From positions 8,303 through 72,302 of the forward strand of contig JAZRMZ010000014.1 of assembly GCA_045647905.1 (NCBI GenBank): 64,000 nt of DNA. The letters run 5' to 3'. Shown piece after piece: positions 53,346 through 61,358 of the stretch. Position 1 is the first letter of the stretch. The number at the start of each line of letters is the position of its first letter. The notes beneath the pieces were generated by a model. That model ran no database searches. It saw nothing but the letters and a program-made list of their open reading frames with translations, and was not told where the DNA came from. Made by a program: the position numbers and the translations under genes. The stretch comes from Clostridia bacterium. Lineage in GTDB: Bacteria; Bacillota; Clostridia; Monoglobales; Monoglobaceae.

Positions 53346-54578
53346 ATGAAGAACTTTTTTGTGTTTACTGACGGAGAGAAAAAATATCTTGAAAGCATTA
53401 ATGAGTTTTATGACAGCAGTTTGTCGGAGTTTGCAACGAAAAACGAACAGGCAATAAGGCTTTCGGGTGCACCCAGATATGACATTATCCGCCCACCCTA
53501 TTCATATGATGTGGATTGCATTATATATAATCCATTTTATAACAGATATACTGACAAAACCCAGGTTTTTTCCTTTTACAAAAATGATGATGTGACAAGA
53601 CGGGCTCTTCACGTTCAGCTTGTTTCAAAGATAGCAAAAACAATCGGCAGGGCGTTGAAACTCAATCTTGACCTGATTGAAGCAATTGCCCTTGGCCACG
53701 ATATGGGGCATACGCCCTTTGGCCACGTGGGCGAAGAGTTTTTGAATGAATGTTACAGCGAAAGTACGGCGGAAAGGTCGGGTAAGGCGAGATACTTTAA
53801 CCACAATGTACACAGCGCAAGAATTTTCAGAAATATTCTGAACACAAATCTCACTCTTCAGACTTTGAGCGGTATTGTTGCGCACAACGGGGAAAAGGTT
53901 TGCAAGGAGTATTATCCGTCGGATGTGAAAACCTTTGAGGAATTTGATGCAATAATGGATTCCTGCTATAATGAAAAAGACTTTCACCGCAGGCTCAGAC
54001 CCAACACCCTTGAGGGCTGTGTTGTCAGAGTCAGCGATATGCTTGCCTATGCCGGAAAGGACAGACAGGATCTTTACAGATTAAAATTGATTACTGACGA
54101 AAAATTCAAGAATGAGCGTCTAATCGGTACAAAGAACCGTGACATAATTTCAAACATGATTATCAATATAATCAAAAACAGCATAAATCAGCCCTGTCTT
54201 AATATGGACGAGGAAGTTTTTGCGGATTTGCGAGACCTGATTGCCGAAAACAACAGACTGATTTATGAGGCGGAGGATGCAAGAGAACCTTACCGTGAAA
54301 GTATAAAGCCGTTGATGAAGCAGTTATACAAAAAGCTTCTTGAGGACATTGAAGCCCGCAATTTTCAGTCACCTGTTTTCAAGCATTATCTAAATGACTA
54401 TATAATGGGTGAGAATTACCGTGACAAGAAAACACGGAGAATTATTGCGGATTCGGATGACATTGTGACAGATTTTATTGCCTGCATGACCGATGGGTAT
54501 TTTATTGACGTGTGTGCAGAACTGCATATTGATGATAAAGCTTTGGCGGAAATAAAGTATCATTCGTATTTTGAATAA
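53346..54578 (+). CDS. HD-domain protein, dGTP triphosphohydrolase-like
   Basis: ALGHDMGHTPFGHVGE HD motif, VAHNGEK, and a DxxxY region. 410 aa. Confidence 0.75.
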   Translation: MKNFFVFTDGEKKYLESINEFYDSSLSEFATKNEQAIRLSGAPRYDIIRPPYSYDVDCIIYNPFYNRYTDKTQVFSFYKNDDVTRRALHVQLVSKIAKTIGRALKLNLDLIEAIALGHDMGHTPFGHVGEEFLNECYSESTAERSGKARYFNHNVHSARIFRNILNTNLTLQTLSGIVAHNGEKVCKEYYPSDVKTFEEFDAIMDSCYNEKDFHRRLRPNTLEGCVVRVSDMLAYAGKDRQDLYRLKLITDEKFKNERLIGTKNRDIISNMIINIIKNSINQPCLNMDEEVFADLRDLIAENNRLIYEAEDAREPYRESIKPLMKQLYKKLLEDIEARNFQSPVFKHYLNDYIMGENYRDKKTRRIIADSDDIVTDFIACMTDGYFIDVCAELHIDDKALAEIKYHSYFE

Positions 54579-54605
54579 AAAAATAAAAAATTTTCAAATT
54601 ACCCC

Positions 54606-54634
54606 TTTACAAATAAAAAAGTTTGTGGTATAAT
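54606..54634 (+). promoter_or_regulatory. Promoter of tRNA-Ala
   Basis: TTTACA, 17-nt spacer ending in TGg, TATAAT, about 33 nt upstream of the tRNA. Confidence 0.6.
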
Positions 54635-54667
54635 AAGTTCTGTTGTGTGAACAACTTAACTTAATAT

Positions 54668-54743
54668 GGGGGTGTAGCTCAGTTGGGAGAGCACCTGCCT
54701 TGCAAGCAGGGGGTCAGGAGTTCGACTCTCCTCATCTCCACCA
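54668..54743 (+). tRNA. tRNA-Ala (anticodon UGC)
   Basis: Cloverleaf read by hand: acceptor GGGGGTG/CATCTCC with G3:U70, anticodon loop CTTGCAA, T loop GGTTCGA-like, and an encoded CCA. Confidence 0.9.
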
Positions 54744-54779
54744 AAAATCGACAAGGTTCGTCAGAATCTTGTCGATTTT
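54744..54779 (+). terminator. Intrinsic terminator after tRNA-Ala
   Basis: AAAATCGACAAG-N12-CTTGTCGATTTT. Confidence 0.8.
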
Positions 54780-54781
54780 AC

Positions 54782-55066
54782 TTATTACCGAAACTCTTGA
54801 CAAGTTTCAGTGTACTTACAAATCAGCTAATTCGCAGTGGTACAAGTATTGGCGCGAACATCAGGGAAGCTTTTTACGGACATGGCAAAAACGATTTTAT
54901 TGCTAAACTTCAAATAGCGCTAAAAGAATGTTCTGAAAGTGAATATTGGATTGAACTTCTTATAGAAAGCGGATATTATGACGAAAACGCAATTCTGCAG
55001 AATTGAGTTGAGTTAAAGAAAATACTTATTTCATCAATAAATACTGCAAAGAAAAACAATAATTAG
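54782..55066 (+). pseudogene. Decayed four-helix-bundle protein gene (23S rRNA IVS protein / Avd-like family)
   Basis: VLTNQLIRSGTSIGANIREA...KNDFIAKLQIALKECSESEYWIELL is the family signature. The N-terminal ~35 aa are missing (replaced by the tRNA terminator). An in-frame TGA at 55004 is followed by a family-like C-terminus, VELKKILISSINTAKK. Confidence 0.7.
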
Positions 55067-55095
55067 GTTGTATCTATTATGTACTCGAAAACCAG

Positions 55096-55132
55096 AAAAA
55101 CGGTAGATTCTGTCAGAATCTATCGTTTTTTT
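55096..55132. terminator. Bidirectional terminator-like hairpin
   Basis: AAAAACGGTAGATTC-TGTCA-GAATCTATCGTTTTT. Confidence 0.7.
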
Positions 55133-55139
55133 AACGAAA

Positions 55140-55258
55140 TAAATCCTACGGATTTGTGAAATACCCTTGGGGTGTGGAATATTGCTTCGCAATGTGAAAT
55201 ACGCCTTGCGGCGTGTGGATTTATTACATTTCACAGAAAACGTAAGTTTTCTATTTCA
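55140..55258. repeat. Degenerate array of small-hairpin plus GTGAAATA / TGTGGAWT units
   Basis: AAATCC-TAC-GGATTT GTGAAATA; CCC-TT-GGG GTGTGGAATATT...GTGAAATA; CGCC-TTGC-GGCG TGTGGATTTATT...TTTCAC. Period is about 38 bp. Confidence 0.7.
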
Positions 55259-55260
55259 CT

Positions 55261-55418
55261 AAAAAATGCGCAGCATGAGAGCTACGCATGAAAAATGCAC
55301 AACTCCTGATTGTTGCGACACAATTTACACAAAACATTCCCTAGCATGTGAAAACAGAGCATGCATTTTTACCGAAATAAAAATACACACCAGGGTCATG
55401 TTCATTAAATTATGTCGC
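55261..55418 (-). ncRNA. Candidate structured small RNA, paralog C
   Basis: Promoter TTGTAA (55453-55448), 17-nt spacer with TGn, TATACT (55430-55425). Predicted start at G55418. 5' GCGACAUAAUUUA pairs with UAAAUUGUGUCGC. Terminator UGCGUAGC-UCUCAU-GCUGCGCA-U6 (55288-55261). Confidence 0.6.
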
Positions 55419-55460
55419 AAACACAGTATATCACAAAAGATAGAAATTTACAAGAGGGAA

Positions 55461-55488
55461 ATGACAAAATTTTTACATACAATTAACA
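55461..55488 (+). promoter_or_regulatory. Pho-box-like direct repeats upstream of the phoP-like gene
   Basis: ATGACA (55461), TTTACA (55472) and TTAACA (55483) at exact 11-bp phasing, as in the TT(A/T/C)ACA repeats bound by B. subtilis PhoP. An extended -10 TGgTACAAT lies at 55519-55527. Confidence 0.5.
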
Positions 55489-55548
55489 TAAAAAGACTTT
55501 CATTGTTAATATGTTTTGTGGTACAATGGAGCATAGGAGGTGGGACTG

Positions 55549-56223
55549 ATGATTTATTTTGTTGAAGATGATGATAATATCCGGAAACTTGTTTGCTATG
55601 CACTTTCAAAGGAAGGATATGAAGTCAAAGGATTTTCTGCCCCGTCAATGTTTTGGACGGAAATGAAAAAGGCTTTGCCTGAGTTGATTTTGCTGGACAT
55701 AATGCTTCCTGAGGAAGACGGACTCAGTATTCTTAAAAAACTTCAGAATGCTGAGAAAACAAAAGGTATTCCCGTTGTTATGCTCACGGCAAAGGACAGC
55801 GAGTTTGACAAGGTGACGGGACTTGATATGGGGGCGGATGATTATATAGCAAAGCCATTTGGTATGACAGAGCTTGTTTCCCGTGTCAGAGCTGTGCTCC
55901 GAAGATACCAAAAGACAAATTCGCACAGTGAATATCGCATCGGTGAGCTTTATGTGAATTCCGACAAGCATATCACCCGTGTTGCCGGAAAAGAAGTCAA
56001 TCTTTCTTTCAAGGAATATTCTTTGCTTCTTATGCTTTTGCGTGCCGGAGGAAATGTGGTTAAGCGTGAAGTTCTGTTGTCGGAGTTGTGGGGCGATTTT
56101 TATGATGAGTCCAGAACCCTTGATGTCCACATAAGAAAGCTGAGAGTTAAGCTTGAAGAAGCCGGAGAATATATACAAACAGTCAAGAATATCGGTTACA
56201 AGATTGGAGTGAGCGAAGGGTGA
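55549..56223 (+). CDS. OmpR/PhoB-family response regulator (PhoP/PhoB-like)
   Basis: Receiver and winged-helix domains. ATG 55549 follows GGAGGTGG. Operon with a PhoR-like kinase and adjacent to a Na/Pi transporter. Confidence 0.85.
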   Translation: MIYFVEDDDNIRKLVCYALSKEGYEVKGFSAPSMFWTEMKKALPELILLDIMLPEEDGLSILKKLQNAEKTKGIPVVMLTAKDSEFDKVTGLDMGADDYIAKPFGMTELVSRVRAVLRRYQKTNSHSEYRIGELYVNSDKHITRVAGKEVNLSFKEYSLLLMLLRAGGNVVKREVLLSELWGDFYDESRTLDVHIRKLRVKLEEAGEYIQTVKNIGYKIGVSEG

Positions 56224-57869
56224 ATGCAAAAATATTCCGTTCAAATTTTTTTACGTCCATTCTTGTTCTTGTGGTTAGCTTTGTACTTATTTTCGGGATT
56301 TTGTTTGAATATTTTGAAAGCCGTCTTTTGTCTGAGTTGAAAAATGAGGCGAACTATATTTCCTATGCTGTGCGCAGTGAAGGTGCGGATTTTATTAATA
56401 ATTTCAAGGGCAGTGACAAAAGAATCACATTAATAAGCTCGGACGGGACGGTTTTGGCAGATACCTCGTGGGCGACAGAAGGACTTGACAATCATCTGGA
56501 ACGTGAGGAAATTAAGACGGCAAAAGAAAAGGGCAGCGGTTCAAGTTCAAGATTTTCAAGCACCTTGACCGAAAAGGTGATTTATTATGCGGTGAAAATG
56601 GATGACGGTTCGTATCTGCGTATTTCCACAACCCAGAATTCGATGCTTACCATTTTGCTTGGACTGATTCAGCCGTTGATTGTGATTGTTGTGATTATTA
56701 TGGGGATTTCATTTTATCTGTCATATAAGTTATCCAAAACAATTGTTAAACCCATAAACGATATTGATCTTGAAAATCCGTCAAACAATGAGGTTTATGA
56801 AGAACTGACGCCTCTTTTGAAAAAGATTTCGGCACAGAAAAAAACCATTGACCGTCAGATAAAAGAGGCACGGCAGAAACAGGAAGAATTCAGACTAATT
56901 GCTGAAAATATGAATGAGGGCCTTTTGGTTGTTGATTCATCAGGCACCATTCTTACGTATAACAGTGTTGCCATTAAACTTCTGGAAATTGAAGATGTCA
57001 ACATTGAAAATATTCTGGAAATCAGTCGTGTGGGGGAATTTTGTGATGTTGTGAAATCAGGTTTAAATGGGCAACGTGCAGAGTCGGATATGGATAACGG
57101 CGAAAAAAAGTATCGGCTGATAGCGAATCCGGTTATGGACGGCAAAAAAATTATAGGTGCTGTTGTGATGATTATTGATGTGACAGAGAGCGCAAAAAGA
57201 GAGCAGCTTCGCCGTGAGTTTACGTCCAATGTCTCCCATGAACTCAAAACTCCTCTGACGTCAATTTCGGGATTTGCGGAGATGATGAAGGATGGCGTGA
57301 CCCCTGCAGAAACAGTCAGGGATTTTTCAAGCTCCATTTATGATGAAGCACAACGACTCATTACCTTGGTGACGGATATAATAAGAATTTCGGAGCTTGA
57401 TGAAGGAAATATTCAGATTATGAAGGAAGATGTTGACATTTATGCTCTGGCTGACGAAACAATAAATCGTTTGAAAATGGTTGCGGATAAGCGTGGCATA
57501 ACTGTTCGTCTGATTGGTGAACATATCAAAGTTCATGGCGTGCGAAAAATTCTTGATGAAATGGTTTATAATCTTTGCGACAATGCCATAAAGTATAATA
57601 AGGAAGGCGGCTTGGTTGAGGTTGTTGTCAGCGGATGCGACAACGGAAAGGCGTATTTTTCAGTGCGTGACACGGGTATCGGTATTCCGAACACCGAACA
57701 GAGCAGGATTTTTGAGAGATTTTACCGGGTTGACAAAAGTCATTCAAAAAAAGTTGGCGGAACGGGGCTTGGGCTTTCCATTGTTAAACACGGGGCGGCA
57801 TTTCACAATGCGGAAATCATTCTCGAAAGTGTTGTGGATGTTGGCACAAGAATAACGCTGGAATTTTAA
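56220..57869 (+). CDS. Sensor histidine kinase, PhoR-like (2 TM, PAS, HisKA, HATPase_c)
   Basis: H-box FTSNVSHELKTPLTSI. N and G boxes (NLCDNAIKYN, RDTGIGIP, GGTGLGLSIV). 4-nt overlap with the regulator gene. Confidence 0.85.
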   Translation: MNAKIFRSNFFTSILVLVVSFVLIFGILFEYFESRLLSELKNEANYISYAVRSEGADFINNFKGSDKRITLISSDGTVLADTSWATEGLDNHLEREEIKTAKEKGSGSSSRFSSTLTEKVIYYAVKMDDGSYLRISTTQNSMLTILLGLIQPLIVIVVIIMGISFYLSYKLSKTIVKPINDIDLENPSNNEVYEELTPLLKKISAQKKTIDRQIKEARQKQEEFRLIAENMNEGLLVVDSSGTILTYNSVAIKLLEIEDVNIENILEISRVGEFCDVVKSGLNGQRAESDMDNGEKKYRLIANPVMDGKKIIGAVVMIIDVTESAKREQLRREFTSNVSHELKTPLTSISGFAEMMKDGVTPAETVRDFSSSIYDEAQRLITLVTDIIRISELDEGNIQIMKEDVDIYALADETINRLKMVADKRGITVRLIGEHIKVHGVRKILDEMVYNLCDNAIKYNKEGGLVEVVVSGCDNGKAYFSVRDTGIGIPNTEQSRIFERFYRVDKSHSKKVGGTGLGLSIVKHGAAFHNAEIILESVVDVGTRITLEF

Positions 57870-57897
57870 TGTTAAATCTGTGTTAACCTTGGGTTAA
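57870..57897 (-). promoter_or_regulatory. Pho-box-like direct repeats upstream of the Na/Pi transporter gene
   Basis: TGTTAA (57870), TGTTAA (57881) and GGTTAA (57892) at exact 11-bp phasing. This is TTAACA on the opposite strand. Confidence 0.45.
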
Positions 57898-57986
57898 ACC
57901 TTGAAAAAACATCTTTTTTTTTCGGTTGCTTTTATGATATATTAAAGTTGTTTAGAGATAATATATTATGAAAGGAAGTTGAAAAA

Positions 57987-59735
57987 ATGGATGTTTTTAA
58001 AGTATTGGAGTTAATTGGCGGATTGTGTTTGTTTCTTTTTGGTATGGACGTTATGGGTTCGGCACTTGAAAGAAGAGCCGGAGGAGGTTTGCAGTCACTT
58101 TTGGGGAAACTGACAACGGGGAAAATTGCCGGTCTTCTCACGGGTCTTGGCGTTACTGCTGTAATTCAGAGTTCTTCTGCCACAACGGTAATGGTTGTAG
58201 GGTTTGTTAATTCGGGGCTTATGACTTTGAAGCAGGCAATTAATGTTATTATGGGTGCAAATGTCGGAACCACCGTGACGGCGTGGATTCTAAGTCTTGG
58301 AGGAATTGAGGGCGATAACTTTTTTGTGCAGATGCTGAAGCCCATGTCATTCACGCCCGTTCTTGCTTTGGTTGGTATTATATTTTTTATGTTCATGAAA
58401 AGCAGCAAAAAGAAGGACACCGGCTCAATCCTTCTTGGTTTTGCAGTTTTGATGTTTGGTATGGATATTATGTCCTCGGCGGTTTCGGGACTGAAGAATG
58501 TTGAATGGTTCAATCAACTGTTTGTAATGTTTAAAAATCCGATTCTTGGGGTGATTGCCGGCGCAATTCTTACGGCGATTATTCAGTCAAGTTCGGCATC
58601 TGTCGGTATTTTGCAGGCACTTTCTGCGACGGGCGCTGTCAGCATCGGTGCGGCTGTTCCGATTATTATGGGACAGAACATAGGAACCTGTATTACGGCG
58701 ATACTTTCTTCTTTCGGAACAAACCGAAACGCAAAACGTGCCGCATTGGTGCACCTTTCCTTTAATATTATCGGAACTGTGATATGTCTGAGCATTTTTT
58801 CTGTTGTTAATTTTGCGATTCAACCGTTGATTTTTGATTCACCGGCAAATGCGGCGAGCATTGCGGTATGCCATTCAATATTCAACATTGCGTGTACGTC
58901 AATTTTGTTGCCTATGTCAGGTGTCCTTGAGAAAATTGCATATATGCTGGTTCCTGAAACAAAAACACCTGAAAGAATTACCGAACTTGATGAGAGACTC
59001 CTTGCAACTCCTTCAATTGCAATTGAAAAATGCGGTGAGTTTGCGGCTGAAATGGCAAAGGGGGCTGTTTGTGCATTGAAGGACAGCTTGCTGTGCCTGA
59101 ACCAATATACTCCTGACCTTGCCGAGAAAATCAGAGAGGCGGAAGAAAAAAGCGATCACTATGAGGATGTAATCGGAACATATCTTGTGAAGCTCAGCAC
59201 ACATCAGATAAGCGATCGTGACAGTGCAGAATCGGCAAAACTGCTGAAAATCATCGGTGATCTTGAAAGAATTTCGGATTATGCTGTTGGGCTTGTGAAG
59301 GCAAGTGAGGAAATGAAAGAGAAGAACATGAAATTTTCGGAGGAAGCCATTTCCGAGTTGAGAAATCTGTGTAATGCAGTGGATGAGATTCTCGGATACA
59401 CATTGCAGGCTTTTGAACAGAATGACTTTGCTGCGGCGCAGAACGTTGAACCGCTCGAACAGATCATTGATGCACTTAAAGAAAAGTTGCGCACAGGACA
59501 TATAAGAAGACTTCAGCAGGGTGCGTGCAGTATTGAAACCGGCTTTGTGTGGTCGGATATACTGACAAATCTTGCACGTACGTCTGACCATTGTTCTAAT
59601 ATTGCAGGATGCATAATTGATGCGGCAGAAGAGAACCTGAATCTCCATGAGTCACTTCGGGCAATTAAGGCAGATGACCCCGGTTTCAAGTCAAAGTATG
59701 CAGAATTTGAACGCAAATATCTTGTGCAGGCATGA
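57987..59735 (+). CDS. Na/Pi cotransporter family protein with C-terminal PhoU-like domains
   Basis: Repeated GANVGTT / GQNIGTC Na_Pi_cotrans motifs in the membrane half. Helical PhoU-like C-terminal half. Confidence 0.85.
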   Translation: MDVFKVLELIGGLCLFLFGMDVMGSALERRAGGGLQSLLGKLTTGKIAGLLTGLGVTAVIQSSSATTVMVVGFVNSGLMTLKQAINVIMGANVGTTVTAWILSLGGIEGDNFFVQMLKPMSFTPVLALVGIIFFMFMKSSKKKDTGSILLGFAVLMFGMDIMSSAVSGLKNVEWFNQLFVMFKNPILGVIAGAILTAIIQSSSASVGILQALSATGAVSIGAAVPIIMGQNIGTCITAILSSFGTNRNAKRAALVHLSFNIIGTVICLSIFSVVNFAIQPLIFDSPANAASIAVCHSIFNIACTSILLPMSGVLEKIAYMLVPETKTPERITELDERLLATPSIAIEKCGEFAAEMAKGAVCALKDSLLCLNQYTPDLAEKIREAEEKSDHYEDVIGTYLVKLSTHQISDRDSAESAKLLKIIGDLERISDYAVGLVKASEEMKEKNMKFSEEAISELRNLCNAVDEILGYTLQAFEQNDFAAAQNVEPLEQIIDALKEKLRTGHIRRLQQGACSIETGFVWSDILTNLARTSDHCSNIAGCIIDAAEENLNLHESLRAIKADDPGFKSKYAEFERKYLVQA

Positions 59736-59919
59736 AATTTGCAAGTATAATATAATTGAAAGTCGTTTTCTGCTGCGTTGAGAACGCAAATTTGTTGGTG
59801 AGAAGTTAAAAAAAAGAATAAAATAGCCTGAATAAGTATGATTTGATGCGTATATTATGTGGTTTTGGTGATAAACTAAGAAAAATTTTGAAAAGAATAA
59901 ATTTTTTTCAAAAAAACTA

Positions 59920-59948
59920 TTGACAAAATGCAAACTTGCTGTTATAAT
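59920..59948 (+). promoter_or_regulatory. Promoter of the five-tRNA operon
   Basis: Perfect TTGACA, 17-nt spacer, TATAAT. Confidence 0.7.
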
Positions 59949-59986
59949 AATTCAGTCGGTCGGGAACGATGCGGCATATACAATGT

Positions 59987-60060
59987 GCGGGTGTAGTTCA
60001 ATGGTAGAATCTCAGCCTTCCAAGCTGATTGCGTGGGTTCGATTCCCATCACCCGCTCCA
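59987..60060 (+). tRNA. tRNA-Gly (anticodon UCC)
   Basis: Acceptor GCGGGTG/CACCCGC, anticodon loop CTTCCAA, and an encoded CCA. Confidence 0.9.
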
Positions 60061-60069
60061 GCAAGATAT

Positions 60070-60146
60070 GCGCCTGTAGCTCAGCTGGATAGAGCAATTG
60101 CCTTCTAAGCAATGGGTCAGGAGTTCGAGTCTCTTCAGGCGCGCCA
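60070..60146 (+). tRNA. tRNA-Arg (anticodon UCU)
   Basis: Acceptor GCGCCTG/CAGGCGC, anticodon loop CTTCTAA, and an encoded CCA. Confidence 0.9.
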
Positions 60147-60163
60147 CTTGCTTTTTTTTATGC

Positions 60164-60241
<78 letters not shown>

Positions 60242-60293
60242 CCAATTTTTTTCAAGGTGGCAGCGGACGACAGATTTCCGAGGCTATAGATAC

Positions 60294-60370
60294 TGGGCTG
60301 TAGCCAAGTCGGTAAGGCACCAGACTTTGACTCTGGCATTTCGTAGGTTCGAGTCCTGCCAGCCCAGCCA
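60294..60370 (+). tRNA. tRNA-Gln (anticodon UUG)
   Basis: Acceptor TGGGCTG/CAGCCCA, anticodon loop CTTTGAC, and an encoded CCA. Confidence 0.85.
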
Positions 60371-60391
60371 AATTCTTTAAAAACTAAATAT

Positions 60392-60467
60392 GGTCCATTA
60401 GCTCAGTTGGCAGAGCACTTGACTTTTAATCAAGGTGTCCCGCGTTCGAATCGCGGATGGATCACCA
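60392..60467 (+). tRNA. tRNA-Lys (anticodon UUU)
   Basis: Acceptor GGTCCAT/ATGGATC, anticodon loop CTTTTAA, and an encoded CCA. Confidence 0.9.
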
Positions 60468-60501
60468 AACCGTTGAAATTACAAGATTTCAGCGGTTTTT
60501 T
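60468..60501 (+). terminator. Intrinsic terminator after the tRNA operon
   Basis: AACCGTTGAAAT-N6-ATTTCAGCGGTT-TTTT. Confidence 0.75.
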
Positions 60502-60571
60502 CTTTGTCTTGAAGAAATTATCGGAACACTTGATTTTTGAAATAAAATAAGGAAATCAAGGTGGCAGAAAA

Positions 60572-60790
60572 ATGAAGAAAATCACAATCAAAATCAGTAA
60601 CACATTAGCAGAAACATTTGAGGATTTTATCATATCCCGAAAGGCAAAAGGATTGAGTGACAAAACACTCACAACTTATAATCAACATTTTAAGGCAATA
60701 CAGCGGCAAATAGATGTTGATATTCCAAAGCTAAAACAAAAAATCCTGTCGAAAGATAGGATTTTTGTTTTGCAAATAAATGTATCATAA
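60572..60790 (+). pseudogene. N-terminal fragment of a tyrosine recombinase/phage integrase (core-binding SAM-like domain only)
   Basis: LAETFEDFIISRKAKGLSDKTLTTYNQHFKAI matches integrase N-terminal domains. The ORF then runs into a terminator-like hairpin (AATCCT-N10-AGGATT, about 60743-60764) and stops. No catalytic domain is present. Confidence 0.6.
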
Positions 60791-60825
60791 AGTGGTTATG
60801 CTATATGAAGAATGGAGTGATAATT

Positions 60826-61002
60826 ATGGAAAAGTATAAAATGCCTGTAGGGCTTGGAATGGCACTTGCACAAAGACCTGAAGCTATGGAAAAGTTTGCG
60901 GCTCTCAGCGAAACTGAAAAGCAGGAAATTATTGATGGTACACATTCGGTATCATCGAAGGAAGAAATGCGACAGTATGTGGATAAAATCATATCGGAAT
61001 AA
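60826..61002 (+). CDS. Small hypothetical protein (58 aa)
   Basis: ATG 60826 lies 9 nt after GGAG. Sequence is MEKYKMPVGLGMALAQRPEAMEKFAALSETEKQEIIDGTHSV... No family recognised. Confidence 0.5.
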   Translation: MEKYKMPVGLGMALAQRPEAMEKFAALSETEKQEIIDGTHSVSSKEEMRQYVDKIISE

Positions 61003-61111
61003 CAATGCAATGAGCTTTAATGCAACTTGAGCTTAATTTTGTTCAGGATATAATTTGAAACTTATATTTTTGTATTTGATTACGCATAATATAGCGGAGG
61101 TGATTTTATTT

Positions 61112-61240
61112 ATGGATGACAAGAAAAAAGAAAACTCACAAAAATCAGCAACTGATAATAAATGGGTTTCCACGGGCATAGCCCGTCCTCAGGATGAATC
61201 CGAACGCAAAGATGGTCCCGGTGGAGAGGATGCGGATTAA
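61112..61240 (+). CDS. Small hypothetical hydrophilic protein (42 aa)
   Basis: ATG 61112 follows GGAGGTG. Sequence is highly charged: MDDKKKENSQKSATDNKWVSTGIARPQDESERKDGPGGEDAD. Coding status uncertain. Confidence 0.35.
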   Translation: MDDKKKENSQKSATDNKWVSTGIARPQDESERKDGPGGEDAD

Positions 61241-61358
61241 TTCTTGGTATTGTTGAAACGAAGATAAACAAAAACACAGACGGGCAAAGTTGTTGAGTAC
61301 CGTCTGTGTTATTTGGTTGCATATGTTGAAAATAATAATGTTTAATGCGGAGGAAACA

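Noticed and set aside
53346-54578. HD-domain dGTPase-like gene considered as an anti-phage dNTP-depletion defence gene.
   Set aside because: It is embedded at the end of a conserved housekeeping cluster (truB-ribF) with normal composition and no neighbouring defence or mobile genes. A housekeeping dNTP triphosphohydrolase is the simpler reading.
54643-54786. N-terminal parts of track ORFs 54643-54906 and 54683-55006. Also ORFs 59920-60108 and 60165-60380.
   Set aside because: They read straight through tRNA genes and terminators. Only the 54782-55066 portion has protein-family signal, and it is annotated as a pseudogene.
54782-55500. Diversity-generating retroelement, suggested by the Avd-like four-helix-bundle gene.
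   Set aside because: No reverse transcriptase and no template/variable repeat pair are present in the window, and the gene itself is truncated and interrupted.
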